From Thermoproteota archaeon (GTDB lineage Archaea > Korarchaeota > Korarchaeia > B14-G2), in assembly GCA_037917675.1 (NCBI GenBank), contig JAVCBW010000051.1, forward strand, positions 30,142-94,141: a stretch of DNA of 64,000 nucleotides. Reading direction: 5' to 3'. Each line of letters opens with the position of its first letter. Positions within the stretch are counted from its first letter, which is position 1. The translations under genes were made by a program, and so were the position numbers. The notes below the pieces were generated by a model. It saw only the letters and a program-made list of their open reading frames with translations, searched no databases and had not been told where the DNA came from. This document shows, piece after piece, positions 39,805-48,740 of this stretch.

Positions 39805-40839
39805 TCACTTCTCTAGGAGGAACTCTTCTACCGCCATTCCAGCATGCCTGGCCTTAGCCTTAGGCTTGTGGACTAGCACTTTACTACCTTCCTCTAGCTC
39901 CCTGACTGAGACAGCTTCTCCACTAGGGCTCACGAGACACACCGTCTCAGCATCCTGTAGGAGCACTGTGCCAGCTTCACCTGAGGCCTCAGCTTCAACA
40001 AGCAGCATAGACCTCTTCTCTATCTTCACCCTCCCTACTATAGCTCTCCTAGCTCTCCCTCTCCAGCTCACTGCGAGCACGCTACTCCCTCCCTTGAGCT
40101 CAGAGAGGTATCTTGTCTCATGCAGAGAGGAGAGGATGTAGCTGTGGACTGCTCCAGCATTGACTCGAAATGGCCTAGGCTCTATGAATGGGTTCTCTAG
40201 AGTCTCGCTGTGGACTAGGAAGAGGAGTGAGGCTTTGCTTCCAACCAGCATGCCCTCCCCCCTGGAGAGGAGTAGAGCTGTGTCTATGCATGCTCTGTCT
40301 CCCAGCCCTGTCTCCTGGACACAGGTGACCTCAGCCTCCTCAAGCTTGAGGAACCCTTCAGCATGGCTCCTCAGCTGTCTGAGTGATTCCCTAAGCTCTC
40401 CCACCGACTCTGGAGCCAGAACTATGGCGTCAACCCCCCTCTCAAGAGCTGAAAGCAGCGAGATAGCGTCTCTCATGTCTCTGGCTTCAGCATAGACCTC
40501 ACACTTACCTGCTGCTGCTGCAATTATGTTCTCAGCTGGAACTACCCTCCAGCTCTCTGCCTCAATGAGCAGGGCTTTAGCTCTAGTGCAGGCTTCAGCA
40601 GCCTCCTCTATGTCTGTACTGCTCTCTACCCTGGCTTTGACCACGTCTCCTATACTGCCTAGCTCAGCTAGCCTCAGGTCTCCCCCCTCTGGTGCTATCA
40701 GAGTTACCTTAGGCTTGAAGCCTACTGCTTTCTCTGAGAGCAGGGCCTTGACCCCTAGCCTAGCAGCCTCCTCAGCCAGCTTCTCTGCTTCAGCCTCGCT
40801 TTCAGGCAGCTTAACTATCACCCTGCTCTCTAAGCTCAC
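39805..40839 (-). CDS. 3-dehydroquinate synthase II (AroB')
   Basis: W.VVP.ENIIA, LERGVD, GDRACIDT, GEGMLVGS, RPFRVNAGAVH, YLSEL, GRVKIE.R, LQDAETV, ARH.G. Confidence 0.94.
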   Translation of the reverse strand: MSLESRVIVKLPESEAEAEKLAEEAARLGVKALLSEKAVGFKPKVTLIAPEGGDLRLAELGSIGDVVKARVESSTDIEEAAEACTRAKALLIEAESWRVVPAENIIAAAAGKCEVYAEARDMRDAISLLSALERGVDAIVLAPESVGELRESLRQLRSHAEGFLKLEEAEVTCVQETGLGDRACIDTALLLSRGEGMLVGSKASLLFLVHSETLENPFIEPRPFRVNAGAVHSYILSSLHETRYLSELKGGSSVLAVSWRGRARRAIVGRVKIEKRSMLLVEAEASGEAGTVLLQDAETVCLVSPSGEAVSVRELEEGSKVLVHKPKAKARHAGMAVEEFLLEK

Positions 40840-41626
40840 TTCTAAGCACCTCCATAGCCTCCTCTGCTGAAGCACCATCCAGGACTATCATCCTAATGCA
40901 CTTCAGCATGAGCTCAGGCCTACTGTGCTGGAACACGTTTCTGCCTAGAGCTACTCCAGCTGCCCCAGCCTCCATAGCTCCCTCAACCATCTTGAAGACC
41001 TGAAGCTCACTCTCAGCCTTAGGGCCTCCAGCTATCACGACTGGGACAGGGCACCCCTCTACTACACGCCTGAAGCTCTCTGGGCTCCCTGTATATGCTG
41101 TCTTAACTACGTCTGCTCCGAGCTCAGCTCCAAGCCTAGCTGCATGAGCTACGAGCTCAGGGCTATGTGGGTCTCTTATGCTCTTTCCTCTAGGATACAT
41201 CATGGCTAGCAGAGGCACCCCTAGGCTCTCACACTCCTCAGCGATAGCAGCTAGCTTCATGAGCATCTCAGGCTCCCTCTCTGCCCCCAGGTTCACGTGG
41301 ACTGAGACGCCGTCTGCACCTAGCCTGAGAGCCTCTAGCACGCTTGCAACCCTGACCTTCCAGTTTGGGCTTGGGCCTACACTGGTGCTAGCTGAAGCAT
41401 GGACTATCAGCCCTAGCCTAGGGGTGTATGAGATGGCTTTCAGCACACCTTTATGCACAACTACTGCTGTAGCCCCTCCCTCCTCAGCCTTCCTGATGGC
41501 ATCATATATCTTAACGAGCCCCTTTATCGGCCCAGATGTGACACCGTGGTCCATTGGGACACAAACCATCTTACCTGCCTCAGTCAGCCTAGACAGCCTG
41601 ACCCTCTTACCACTCACCCTAACCAC
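40811..41626 (-). CDS. 2-amino-3,7-dideoxy-D-threo-hept-6-ulosonate synthase (AroA', DhnA-type aldolase)
   Basis: PMDHG, HKG, H.SAST, GAD.VS.HVN.G, MYPRG, ELGAD.VKT.YTG, AGGPK, GRNVFQ; adjacent to AroB'. Confidence 0.9.
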   Translation of the reverse strand: MVRVSGKRVRLSRLTEAGKMVCVPMDHGVTSGPIKGLVKIYDAIRKAEEGGATAVVVHKGVLKAISYTPRLGLIVHASASTSVGPSPNWKVRVASVLEALRLGADGVSVHVNLGAEREPEMLMKLAAIAEECESLGVPLLAMMYPRGKSIRDPHSPELVAHAARLGAELGADVVKTAYTGSPESFRRVVEGCPVPVVIAGGPKAESELQVFKMVEGAMEAGAAGVALGRNVFQHSRPELMLKCIRMIVLDGASAEEAMEVLRSELREQGDS

Positions 41627-42663
41627 CCCACTTCAGCTGCTAGCTCAGCTAGCAGAAGCGCGCAGCCAGCTGCTCCTCTTATAGTGTTGTGGACTAGCAG
41701 AGTGAAGAGGAGGCTGTTTGCTGTAGCTCCCCTCCTCACCCTACCTACTGTAATACTCATGCCAGGTGGGCTGCCAGCATCCCTGTCAAGCCTAGGCTGA
41801 GGCCTATCCACGTCCTCTAAGACTATAATGGGCTGGTCTGGTGCAGTTGGCAGCTTGAGCTCCTGTGGAAGCCCCCTAAACTCCCTGAGCAGGTCCATGG
41901 CATGATCTGGGCTGATAGGCTCTTCTGTCTCGACGAACACGCATTCAAGGTGCCCGTCTAGCACAGGAACCCTGTTACAGGCAGCCTCAACTCTGATGTC
42001 AGCTTCCTTGACTCTACTTCCAGCAAGCTCTCCAAGCACCTTTCTAGATTCCCTAGCTACCTTCTCCTCCTCACCTGAAATGTATGGTATAGTGTTGTCT
42101 ATGAGGTCTAGTGAGGAGACTCCAGGATAGCCTGCTCCAGACGCAGCTTGGAGCGTAGCTACCCTAACAGCCTTTATCCTATACTCTCTGGCAATAGGCT
42201 TTAGAGCCATGACAAGCCCTACTGTAGTGCAGTTTGGGTCAGTAGCTATGAGGCCACTCCAACCTCTAAGCTCTCTTTGAGCCTTGATGAGCTCAAGGTG
42301 CTCTGGATTGACTTCTGGGACTACCAAGGGGACATCATGGTCCATTCTATGGGAGCTCGCATTGCTAAACACAGCACACCCTGCTTCAGCAGCATGCTCC
42401 TCAGCTTCCCCAGCTACATCAGATGGTAGCGCAGAGAAGACGACATCGTAGCCTCCACTGAAGCTGCTGAGGCTAAGCACCTCCAAGTCAGCTAGCTCAG
42501 CTGGAGGCCTGCCATGCCACTTGACATCATGATACCTGAGTCCAGCTGTCTTCCCAGCGTATACTGCCTCAAGCTTAAACCATGGGTGCCCTGCTAGCAG
42601 CTCAGCGAACCTCTGCCCCACGATCCCTGTCCCACCTAGCAGCGCTGCCGAGAACCTACTCAA
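41614..42663 (-). CDS. asd: Aspartate-semialdehyde dehydrogenase
   Basis: GGTGIVGQ, FSALP, SNASSHRM, PEVN, PNCTT, QAASGAG, RVPV.DGH, HNTIRGAAG. Confidence 0.96.
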   Translation of the reverse strand: MSRFSAALLGGTGIVGQRFAELLAGHPWFKLEAVYAGKTAGLRYHDVKWHGRPPAELADLEVLSLSSFSGGYDVVFSALPSDVAGEAEEHAAEAGCAVFSNASSHRMDHDVPLVVPEVNPEHLELIKAQRELRGWSGLIATDPNCTTVGLVMALKPIAREYRIKAVRVATLQAASGAGYPGVSSLDLIDNTIPYISGEEEKVARESRKVLGELAGSRVKEADIRVEAACNRVPVLDGHLECVFVETEEPISPDHAMDLLREFRGLPQELKLPTAPDQPIIVLEDVDRPQPRLDRDAGSPPGMSITVGRVRRGATANSLLFTLLVHNTIRGAAGCALLLAELAAEVGWLG

Positions 42664-43897
42664 CCACATCACCTCCAAGCTTACTCCTCAGAATCTCCAT
42701 GACGCTCTCCTTTGAGCTCCATGGAACCAGTACTCTGACTGAAGAGTGTATTGTGAACAGCCCATAGATGTTCACTCCAGCAGACGAGATGGGCTCAACG
42801 ACCATCTCTATTATCCCAGGAGTTGTCTCAAGGCTTCTTCCCCTCACTGAGATCAGAGCTAGGCTGCCTAAGCTTGAGATAGCTTTAGCCTCACCCTTCT
42901 CCACGAGCTCATGTGTCTTTCTCAAAGCCTCCTCTGAGCTGCCTTCGAAGTAGAGGATTGCAGCAGTCTCCATGCTTGTTGCAGCTAGCGTCCTACACCC
43001 TATCTCTGAGAGCAGCTGCTCAGCTAGTTTCACAAGCCTGCTTCCATCCTTCCCTACCACTGTGAGCATTGAGAGAGGCTTGCTGTAGGCTGAGACCTCC
43101 AGTAGAGGGCCTCCATTGACTACTGTACCCCCCTCTGTCAGAGGCTCTCTGAAGCCTACCACTCTGATCCTCATCCAGCTTGGCATATACTTGAGAGCTT
43201 TAGGGGCTATCACCTTAGCTCCACTTGAAGCCAGGAGCTCAGCTTCACTGAGCTCTATGCTGTCCAGGACTCTAGCTCCATGAACCGCCTTCGGATCTGC
43301 TGTGTAAATGCCCTCGACATCCTTTACGAGCACGACCTCCTTACACCCAAGGAACCTAGCTAGGAGAACAGCTGTGATGTCTCCTCCACCCCTCCCCATT
43401 GTGGTGACCTTCCCGCTCTTAGAGACCCCTAGGAAACCGCATATGACCGGTGTATTCCCTGATTCAAGCAGGGGAAGCATCTTCTCCTTGACTGCTCTGC
43501 TACACTCCTCTAGGATAGGCTCTGCATCACCATGCTTCTCATCTGTGAGTATCGGCCACCACTCTGACTTGGGATCAACTAGCACTGATCTGACTCCAAG
43601 TGACCTTAGAGCTGAGTGGAGGAGCCTAGCTGCCAGCTCCTCTCCTGAAGCTAGGACGTAGTCCATCTCCTCTCTGAGCTCGGTGGAGGCAGCCTCCTTA
43701 AACATCTCAGCAAGCACGTCTGTGTGCCCTTTCATGGCTGAGACGACGACAGCAACCCTCCAGCCAGCGTCGATTTCGCGTTTAATGACGTCCGCTGCTT
43801 TCTTGAAGGCCTTTGGCCCAGTTAAAACAGACCCACCAAACTTTACGACAAGAACTCGGCTAGAAGAGGCCTCCGGCGATGTAAACTCGACCGCCTC
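42656..43897 (-). CDS. lysC: Aspartate kinase; no canonical in-frame start before the KFGG motif (putative +1 frameshift entry)
   Basis: Frame open from 43897: ..RVLVVKFGGSVL...VVVSAMKGHTD, SGE, GRGGGDITA, KDVEGIYTADP, ACT-like C-terminus. The track start at 43735 lies downstream of the N-terminal KFGG motif. Confidence 0.93.
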   Translation of the reverse strand, partial: EAVEFTSPEASSSRVLVVKFGGSVLTGPKAFKKAADVIKREIDAGWRVAVVVSAMKGHTDVLAEMFKEAASTELREEMDYVLASGEELAARLLHSALRSLGVRSVLVDPKSEWWPILTDEKHGDAEPILEECSRAVKEKMLPLLESGNTPVICGFLGVSKSGKVTTMGRGGGDITAVLLARFLGCKEVVLVKDVEGIYTADPKAVHGARVLDSIELSEAELLASSGAKVIAPKALKYMPSWMRIRVVGFREPLTEGGTVVNGGPLLEVSAYSKPLSMLTVVGKDGSRLVKLAEQLLSEIGCRTLAATSMETAAILYFEGSSEEALRKTHELVEKGEAKAISSLGSLALISVRGRSLETTPGIIEMVVEPISSAGVNIYGLFTIHSSVRVLVPWSSKESVMEILRSKLGGDVVE

Positions 43898-43901
43898 TCA
43901 C
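43860..43901 (-). promoter_or_regulatory. Leader ORF MRGGRVYIAGGLF* (Tyr and Phe codons) overlapping lysC, which lies in its +1 frame
   Basis: TATA at about 43937-43944, GGTG SD, then GTG AGA GGC GGT CGA GTT TAC ATC GCC GGA GGC CTC TTC TAG. Confidence 0.65.
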
Positions 43902-44045
43902 CTAGAACACCAAGCTAATGGGTCGAGGTTGCCCGTATTTAAGCATTTCCCCCAGCTATTGCATGCCTCATCAAAACCTGCCCCTAGCCTGATACAGCTA
44001 CGTAACGCATCTGCAGGCTTTACCTGCTGACCTAGCTGCTCTATC

Positions 44046-44651
44046 TCACGCCACCCTCTTAAAGTAGATTATTCTCTGAGCTGCTGTTATAAGTGAGCCT
44101 ACTGATGCTATGAAGACCATGGCTGGAAGCATGATCTTGAGCTCTAGGAGGTATAGGAGCATCCCAGCAGCCATACACGTGATCTTCTCCTTCCTCTCGA
44201 AGAGCCCTACTCCCATCGCTGTCTTCTTCAGCTCAGCCTCTCCCCTAGCCCTCACATAGCTTGGAGATATCAGAGAGAATAGAGCCAGCACACCAAGCCA
44301 CCCTGGTATGTATCCTCCTACTGTCAGGGCTAGCAGCAGCATGAACTCTATACACCTATCAGTGTAGTGGTCTAGGAGTGTTCCAAATGGGCTTTCAAGG
44401 CCAGCTGCCCTAGCTATGCTCCCATCCACCACATCTAGGAAGACTGCTACGAGATATACCAGTAGCCCTGCTAGCATCCTGCCTGCTGCAATAAGGGCTG
44501 AGGCTATAGCCGCCACACCCATAGAGGATATCGTCACCTGATTTGGTGTCAGCCCTAGCTTAGCTAGCTTAGCTCCAAGAGGAGCTGTAGCCTTCTCATA
44601 TAGCTCCCTGATACGAGGCTTAGTCAAGCTAACCCACCCTTCTAACTCCAT
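44046..44651 (-). CDS. CDP-alcohol phosphatidyltransferase (archaetidylinositol-phosphate synthase-like)
   Basis: TPNQVT, D..DG..AR......FG..LD...DR, SYVRARGE, G..ER.E. Confidence 0.9.
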   Translation of the reverse strand: MELEGWVSLTKPRIRELYEKATAPLGAKLAKLGLTPNQVTISSMGVAAIASALIAAGRMLAGLLVYLVAVFLDVVDGSIARAAGLESPFGTLLDHYTDRCIEFMLLLALTVGGYIPGWLGVLALFSLISPSYVRARGEAELKKTAMGVGLFERKEKITCMAAGMLLYLLELKIMLPAMVFIASVGSLITAAQRIIYFKRVA

Positions 44652-45546
44652 CCAGGATGGCTTCAGCCCTCTCCTCTACTCCCTGACGTGGTAGAGGGAA
44701 CTCTGGGCCACAGTACTCAACCATGTAGGATGCTGCAGCAGAAGCATAGGCAGCTGCTGTCACAGGGTCTTCTCCCCTCAGCATGTAATAGGCCATGGCG
44801 CCAGCATAGACGTCGCCACATCCAGTTGGATCTACTTCACGAGTCCTATATGCTGGTATGTAGTATACCCCTCTGTCTAAAGCTATGTAAGATCCTCTCT
44901 CTGCTACAGTGACTACACCAACTTCAGCTCCAAGCTCATGTATCTTCGCTGCAGCCTCTCTGGGGCTGTAGCCTGGGAACAGGACCTCAGCCTCATGTTC
45001 ATTTGGCTTAAAGACACTCGAAGCCACTATGGCTTCATATGACTCCCTAGTAGCTACCCTGACGACCTTACCTCCATCTACCTTCCTCACGAGCCCCTGT
45101 GGATCTACTAGGACTGGCTTACCCTCTGCTTCTCTCCTAACCTTCAGTATGAGGTCTAAGCCCACCTCGCTGAGGATAGGGCCTATCACAAACGCTTCAG
45201 CTGAGAGCAAGCTTTCAGGGAGGTCTTCTGGGTATATCCTTCCAGCTACCCCGAGAACTCTAAGCTCTCTGTCTCTCATGTCCCTGCTGAGGTATCTTAT
45301 GTGGAAGCCTCCTGTCTCTCCTGAGGGCAGGAGGTGAGCCTCTACACCATAGCTCTCTAGGAGCCTCCTGGCTTCAGCTTCCCACTCCCTCCCCACTCTG
45401 CTGAGGAGAGAAGCTTCTCCTCCTAGCTTGGCATATGCTAGAGCTGAGTTTGTGCTGCAGCCAGACAGCACTCTGCCCTGGCTTCTTGCGTATGGTGTCT
45501 CTATTATGTCGAAAACGAGGTTGCCTACTGCAGCTAGCCTAGCCAT
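44629..45546 (-). CDS. PfkB/ribokinase-family carbohydrate kinase
   Basis: VGNLVFD, DPQG, KPNEHEA, VT..ERG, DPTGCGDVY. Confidence 0.9.
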   Translation of the reverse strand: MARLAAVGNLVFDIIETPYARSQGRVLSGCSTNSALAYAKLGGEASLLSRVGREWEAEARRLLESYGVEAHLLPSGETGGFHIRYLSRDMRDRELRVLGVAGRIYPEDLPESLLSAEAFVIGPILSEVGLDLILKVRREAEGKPVLVDPQGLVRKVDGGKVVRVATRESYEAIVASSVFKPNEHEAEVLFPGYSPREAAAKIHELGAEVGVVTVAERGSYIALDRGVYYIPAYRTREVDPTGCGDVYAGAMAYYMLRGEDPVTAAAYASAAASYMVEYCGPEFPLPRQGVEERAEAILDGVRRVG

Positions 45547-45661
45547 CTAGGTTCCTCCCAGTATCATGTGCCTTACTGCTGTGTGATTAAAGAGATTTGT
45601 GCTCTTGGTGAGGCTGGGATAAAATTTATATATTTCCGGGCATATGCTAATATGGTGGTGT

Positions 45662-46003
45662 ATGATGTGGAGATGGGGGCGAAAGAGAGCTGGAGGTAGA
45701 GGAGCAGGAGGAGGCAGAGGGGGCTACGGAGGGCCACCTCGAGGCCCATGGCCAGGAAGAGGGCCATTCAGCAACCTACCACCATGGCAGAGGCCAGGAT
45801 GGCTCATGAGATGGGGAATGATGCCGCCAGCAGCTCTACCAGCACCGACACAACCTCAAGTAGCTCCACCAGCCATGCCACCTGCTGCAATGCAGGCAAT
45901 GCCACCAGAAGCTGAGGTAGCCTATCTAGAAGAGCAGAAGAAAGCGCTTGAGGCTGCACTAAAGGAGATAAGCAAGAGGATAAGTGAGCTTAAGGGGAAG
46001 TAG
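45662..46003 (+). CDS. Gly/Arg/Pro-rich protein with C-terminal coiled coil (DUF5320-like)
   Basis: WPGRGPFSNLPPWQRPGW motif; EVAYLEEQKKALE..L.EI.KRI.EL; strong TATA at 45621-45635. Confidence 0.7.
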   Translation: MMWRWGRKRAGGRGAGGGRGGYGGPPRGPWPGRGPFSNLPPWQRPGWLMRWGMMPPAALPAPTQPQVAPPAMPPAAMQAMPPEAEVAYLEEQKKALEAALKEISKRISELKGK

Positions 46004-46010
46004 CTCTAGG

Positions 46011-46907
46011 CTAGCTAGAGTAGCTTATAAGCTGCAGCTCTCGCACAATGCTTCCACCAACCTCCACAGTAGCCTTCACTGGAACAGGAGCATCTCCACT
46101 CACCCAGTACTTCACAACAGCACCCTCCCCTCTCACCTCCAGAATCCTACACTGAAAGACTCCCGCAGGAACCTTTATCCTCTCAGAGCCAGCTTCCCTC
46201 AGCTCTCCTGTGGAGAGGACTATCTCAGGTGAGTTAGACGATAGCTGCTGGCAGCTCAGCTCTCTCCTCTCTCCTCCAACCTCAACAACAGCCCTAACAC
46301 AGCTCTTATCCTCCTCGTCAAGCCACACTTCATAGGTGAGCCTCCTCCCCCGGACTTCAGATGTGATCTTGAGAAGTATGCAGTCTCTACCATCAAGCTT
46401 GCTCTTAGAGGCATCGATCGTCATAGTGGCCTCCACACTCCCTCCTCCAGACCTCAGGATGAGCTTATACGTGCAGTTCCTGAACTTGCTGAGCTGGAAT
46501 ACCCTGGCAAAAGCAGCCTCTGGATGCTTCTCCACAGCTTCCTCAGCTGTCTGGCTTGCTGTAGGCAGCTGGATCCACCCCCAGTAAAATAGCCCAACTA
46601 TAGTCACCAGCATGCTAGCTAGCACGACAGCCATTGCTACTCTCAGCGGTGGCCTTGCCCTAGCTCTTGGTGCTGAGGGGAGCCTAGCTCTAGGCTTCGC
46701 AGCTCCTCCAAGCCTCTCTACCCCAGTGGGCTCAGGAGCCATGGGCTCCATGGGCCTCTCAACCTCCCTGCTCAGCATGCTCAGCTCCTTCTCATACTTC
46801 TCCTTCAGCCTCTCATACTCTTCCTCACTTATCTTCCCCTCTATCAGAGCTTTCTCTATAGTCTCTAGCCTCTTCCTTATCCACCTCCTCATATCCTCCC
46901 TGCTCAA
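46011..46907 (-). CDS. Membrane-anchored hypothetical protein (SHOCT-like N-terminus, one TM, C-domain with I.VPAG.F.C)
   Basis: GKISEEEYERLKEK; TM at aa ~90-110; ERIKVPAGVFQC...KYW. Confidence 0.65.
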   Translation of the reverse strand: MSREDMRRWIRKRLETIEKALIEGKISEEEYERLKEKYEKELSMLSREVERPMEPMAPEPTGVERLGGAAKPRARLPSAPRARARPPLRVAMAVVLASMLVTIVGLFYWGWIQLPTASQTAEEAVEKHPEAAFARVFQLSKFRNCTYKLILRSGGGSVEATMTIDASKSKLDGRDCILLKITSEVRGRRLTYEVWLDEEDKSCVRAVVEVGGERRELSCQQLSSNSPEIVLSTGELREAGSERIKVPAGVFQCRILEVRGEGAVVKYWVSGDAPVPVKATVEVGGSIVRELQLISYSS

Positions 46908-46967
46908 CCAACCCCCATGCTGCCTGTGTACTCTCGTTTAAAAGTTGAGCTGGCTTCACATGGTAGC

Positions 46968-48728
46968 ATGAGGTCTGAGCTAGCTGAAGCTGCTACAGGT
47001 AGAAGGAAGCCTGATATCACTCTAGCTAACGTGAGCTTGCTCAACGTGCTCACCGAGGAGATCGAGGAGAACACTTCGATCTCAGCCTACAGGGGCAGGA
47101 TAGTCTATGTTGGGAGGAGCCCGCCTAAAGCCAGGCTTGAAGTAGACTGTGAGGGTGCTTATGCCATACCTGGCCTGATAGACTCTCACATCCACATAGA
47201 GAGCTCAATGCTCTCAGTAAGGAGGTTTGCTGAAGCTGTCCTGCCTCACGGGACCACAGCAGTCTTCACAGACCCACATGAGATAGCCAATGTCCTAGGG
47301 CTGAGCGGGGTAAAGCTTATCTTAGAGGAGTCTGAGAGCATCCCACTGAAAGTCTATGTCGAAGTCCCGTCGTGCGTGCCTGCTGCTCCAGGCTTAGAGA
47401 CCTATGGCGCAGAGCTTACTCCAAGAGAGGTCGCGAGAGCTCTGAGCTGGAAGGGTGTGGTCGGGCTAGCTGAGGTCATGAGCTACCCTGCTGTCATAGC
47501 TGGGGAGCCAGGCATCCACGAGAAGATAAGAGCAGCTCTCTCAGCGAACCTAGCTGTAGAAGGACATGCCCCATCCCTTACTGGAAGAGAGCTAGCAGCA
47601 TACATCGCCTCAGGCGTGCAGAGCGACCACGAGTGTACAAGTGGAGGAGAGGCTCTAGAGAAGGCTAGGAGAGGCATGTGGATAGAGGCTAGGGAGGGCT
47701 CAACCATGAGGAACCTAGCCAAACTGCTTCCTGAGCTAGCTAAGCACCCTGCCTCACTTGAGTACTGCACTCTAGCATCAGATGACCGAGAGGTGCTAGA
47801 CCTCCTTACCAAGGGACACATGGACCACGTAGTCAACAGAGCCATAGAGCTCGGGCTAGACCCAGTTAAAGCTGTTAAGCTTGCTTCACTCAACCCAGCT
47901 AGGAGATTCAGGCTAGACCACGAGATAGGGTGCATAGCTCCAGGGAGGAGAGCAGACATACTCCTGTGTATCAGCCTCAGCCCCCTTAGGGTAGAGGGAG
48001 TGTATGCTGACGGTAAGCTGGTAGCTAAGTCAGGTAAGCTGGTAGCTGAGATCCCAGAGTTCAAGCACCCAAGCTATGCTCTCAACACCATCAGGGCAAA
48101 GCTCCCAGCTCCAGAGCTCATAGCAGTCAAAGCAGGCGTAAGCAGAGGAGCATGCAAGGTCAGGGTCATAGAGGTCAAGGAGGGTGAAGCATACACCAGA
48201 ATGCTGGTCAAGGAGCTTAAGGTCGAGGAGGGGCTGGTGCAGCCGAGCATAGAGGAGGACGTGCTGCTCGCCACAGTGGTGGAGAGGCATAGGGCTTCAG
48301 GAAGCTTCTCAGTAGGGTTCGTCTCAGGCTTCAAGCTTGAGCGTGGGGCCATAGCAAGCAGCATAGGCCACGACTCCCACAACCTCACCTCAGTAGGAGC
48401 AGACTCAGCTAGCATATACACTGCTCTGAAGGCGGTAGCAGAGATGCAGGGAGGCCTAGCTGTAGCTGAGGGCAGCAGGGTTCTAGCTAGGCTGCAGCTC
48501 AGGCTAGCAGGCCTGATGTCCACGGACCCTCCCAGAAAGGTAGCTGATGGCCTCAGGAGGGTGCTTGAGGCAGCTAGGGAGCTTGGGTGCATGATGGACA
48601 ACCCCTATATGCCACTCAGCTTCCTCCCGCTCCCAGTCATACCTGAAGCTAGGCTGACAGACAAGGGCTTAGTAGACGCGAGAGAGCTGAGAATAGTTCC
48701 AGTGGTCATAGAGGAGCTTCCCAGCTGA
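46968..48728 (+). CDS. ade: Adenine deaminase
   Basis: PGLIDSHIHIESS, DPHEIANV.G, PSCVP, LAEVM, EGHAP, SDHEC, REGS, SDD, VERH, HDSHN, LPVIP..RLTD.G. Confidence 0.94.
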   Translation: MRSELAEAATGRRKPDITLANVSLLNVLTEEIEENTSISAYRGRIVYVGRSPPKARLEVDCEGAYAIPGLIDSHIHIESSMLSVRRFAEAVLPHGTTAVFTDPHEIANVLGLSGVKLILEESESIPLKVYVEVPSCVPAAPGLETYGAELTPREVARALSWKGVVGLAEVMSYPAVIAGEPGIHEKIRAALSANLAVEGHAPSLTGRELAAYIASGVQSDHECTSGGEALEKARRGMWIEAREGSTMRNLAKLLPELAKHPASLEYCTLASDDREVLDLLTKGHMDHVVNRAIELGLDPVKAVKLASLNPARRFRLDHEIGCIAPGRRADILLCISLSPLRVEGVYADGKLVAKSGKLVAEIPEFKHPSYALNTIRAKLPAPELIAVKAGVSRGACKVRVIEVKEGEAYTRMLVKELKVEEGLVQPSIEEDVLLATVVERHRASGSFSVGFVSGFKLERGAIASSIGHDSHNLTSVGADSASIYTALKAVAEMQGGLAVAEGSRVLARLQLRLAGLMSTDPPRKVADGLRRVLEAARELGCMMDNPYMPLSFLPLPVIPEARLTDKGLVDARELRIVPVVIEELPS

Positions 48729-48740
48729 GGAGGGAAGTAG

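Noticed and set aside
43850-43901. Bulge-helix-bulge intron, or a CGAGTT-flanked 31-nt insertion, to explain the lysC frame offset
   Set aside because: The best BHB-like fold I found would excise 33 nt and not restore the frame; a 28-nt option lacks flanking stems. Only cDNA sequencing can exclude it fully.
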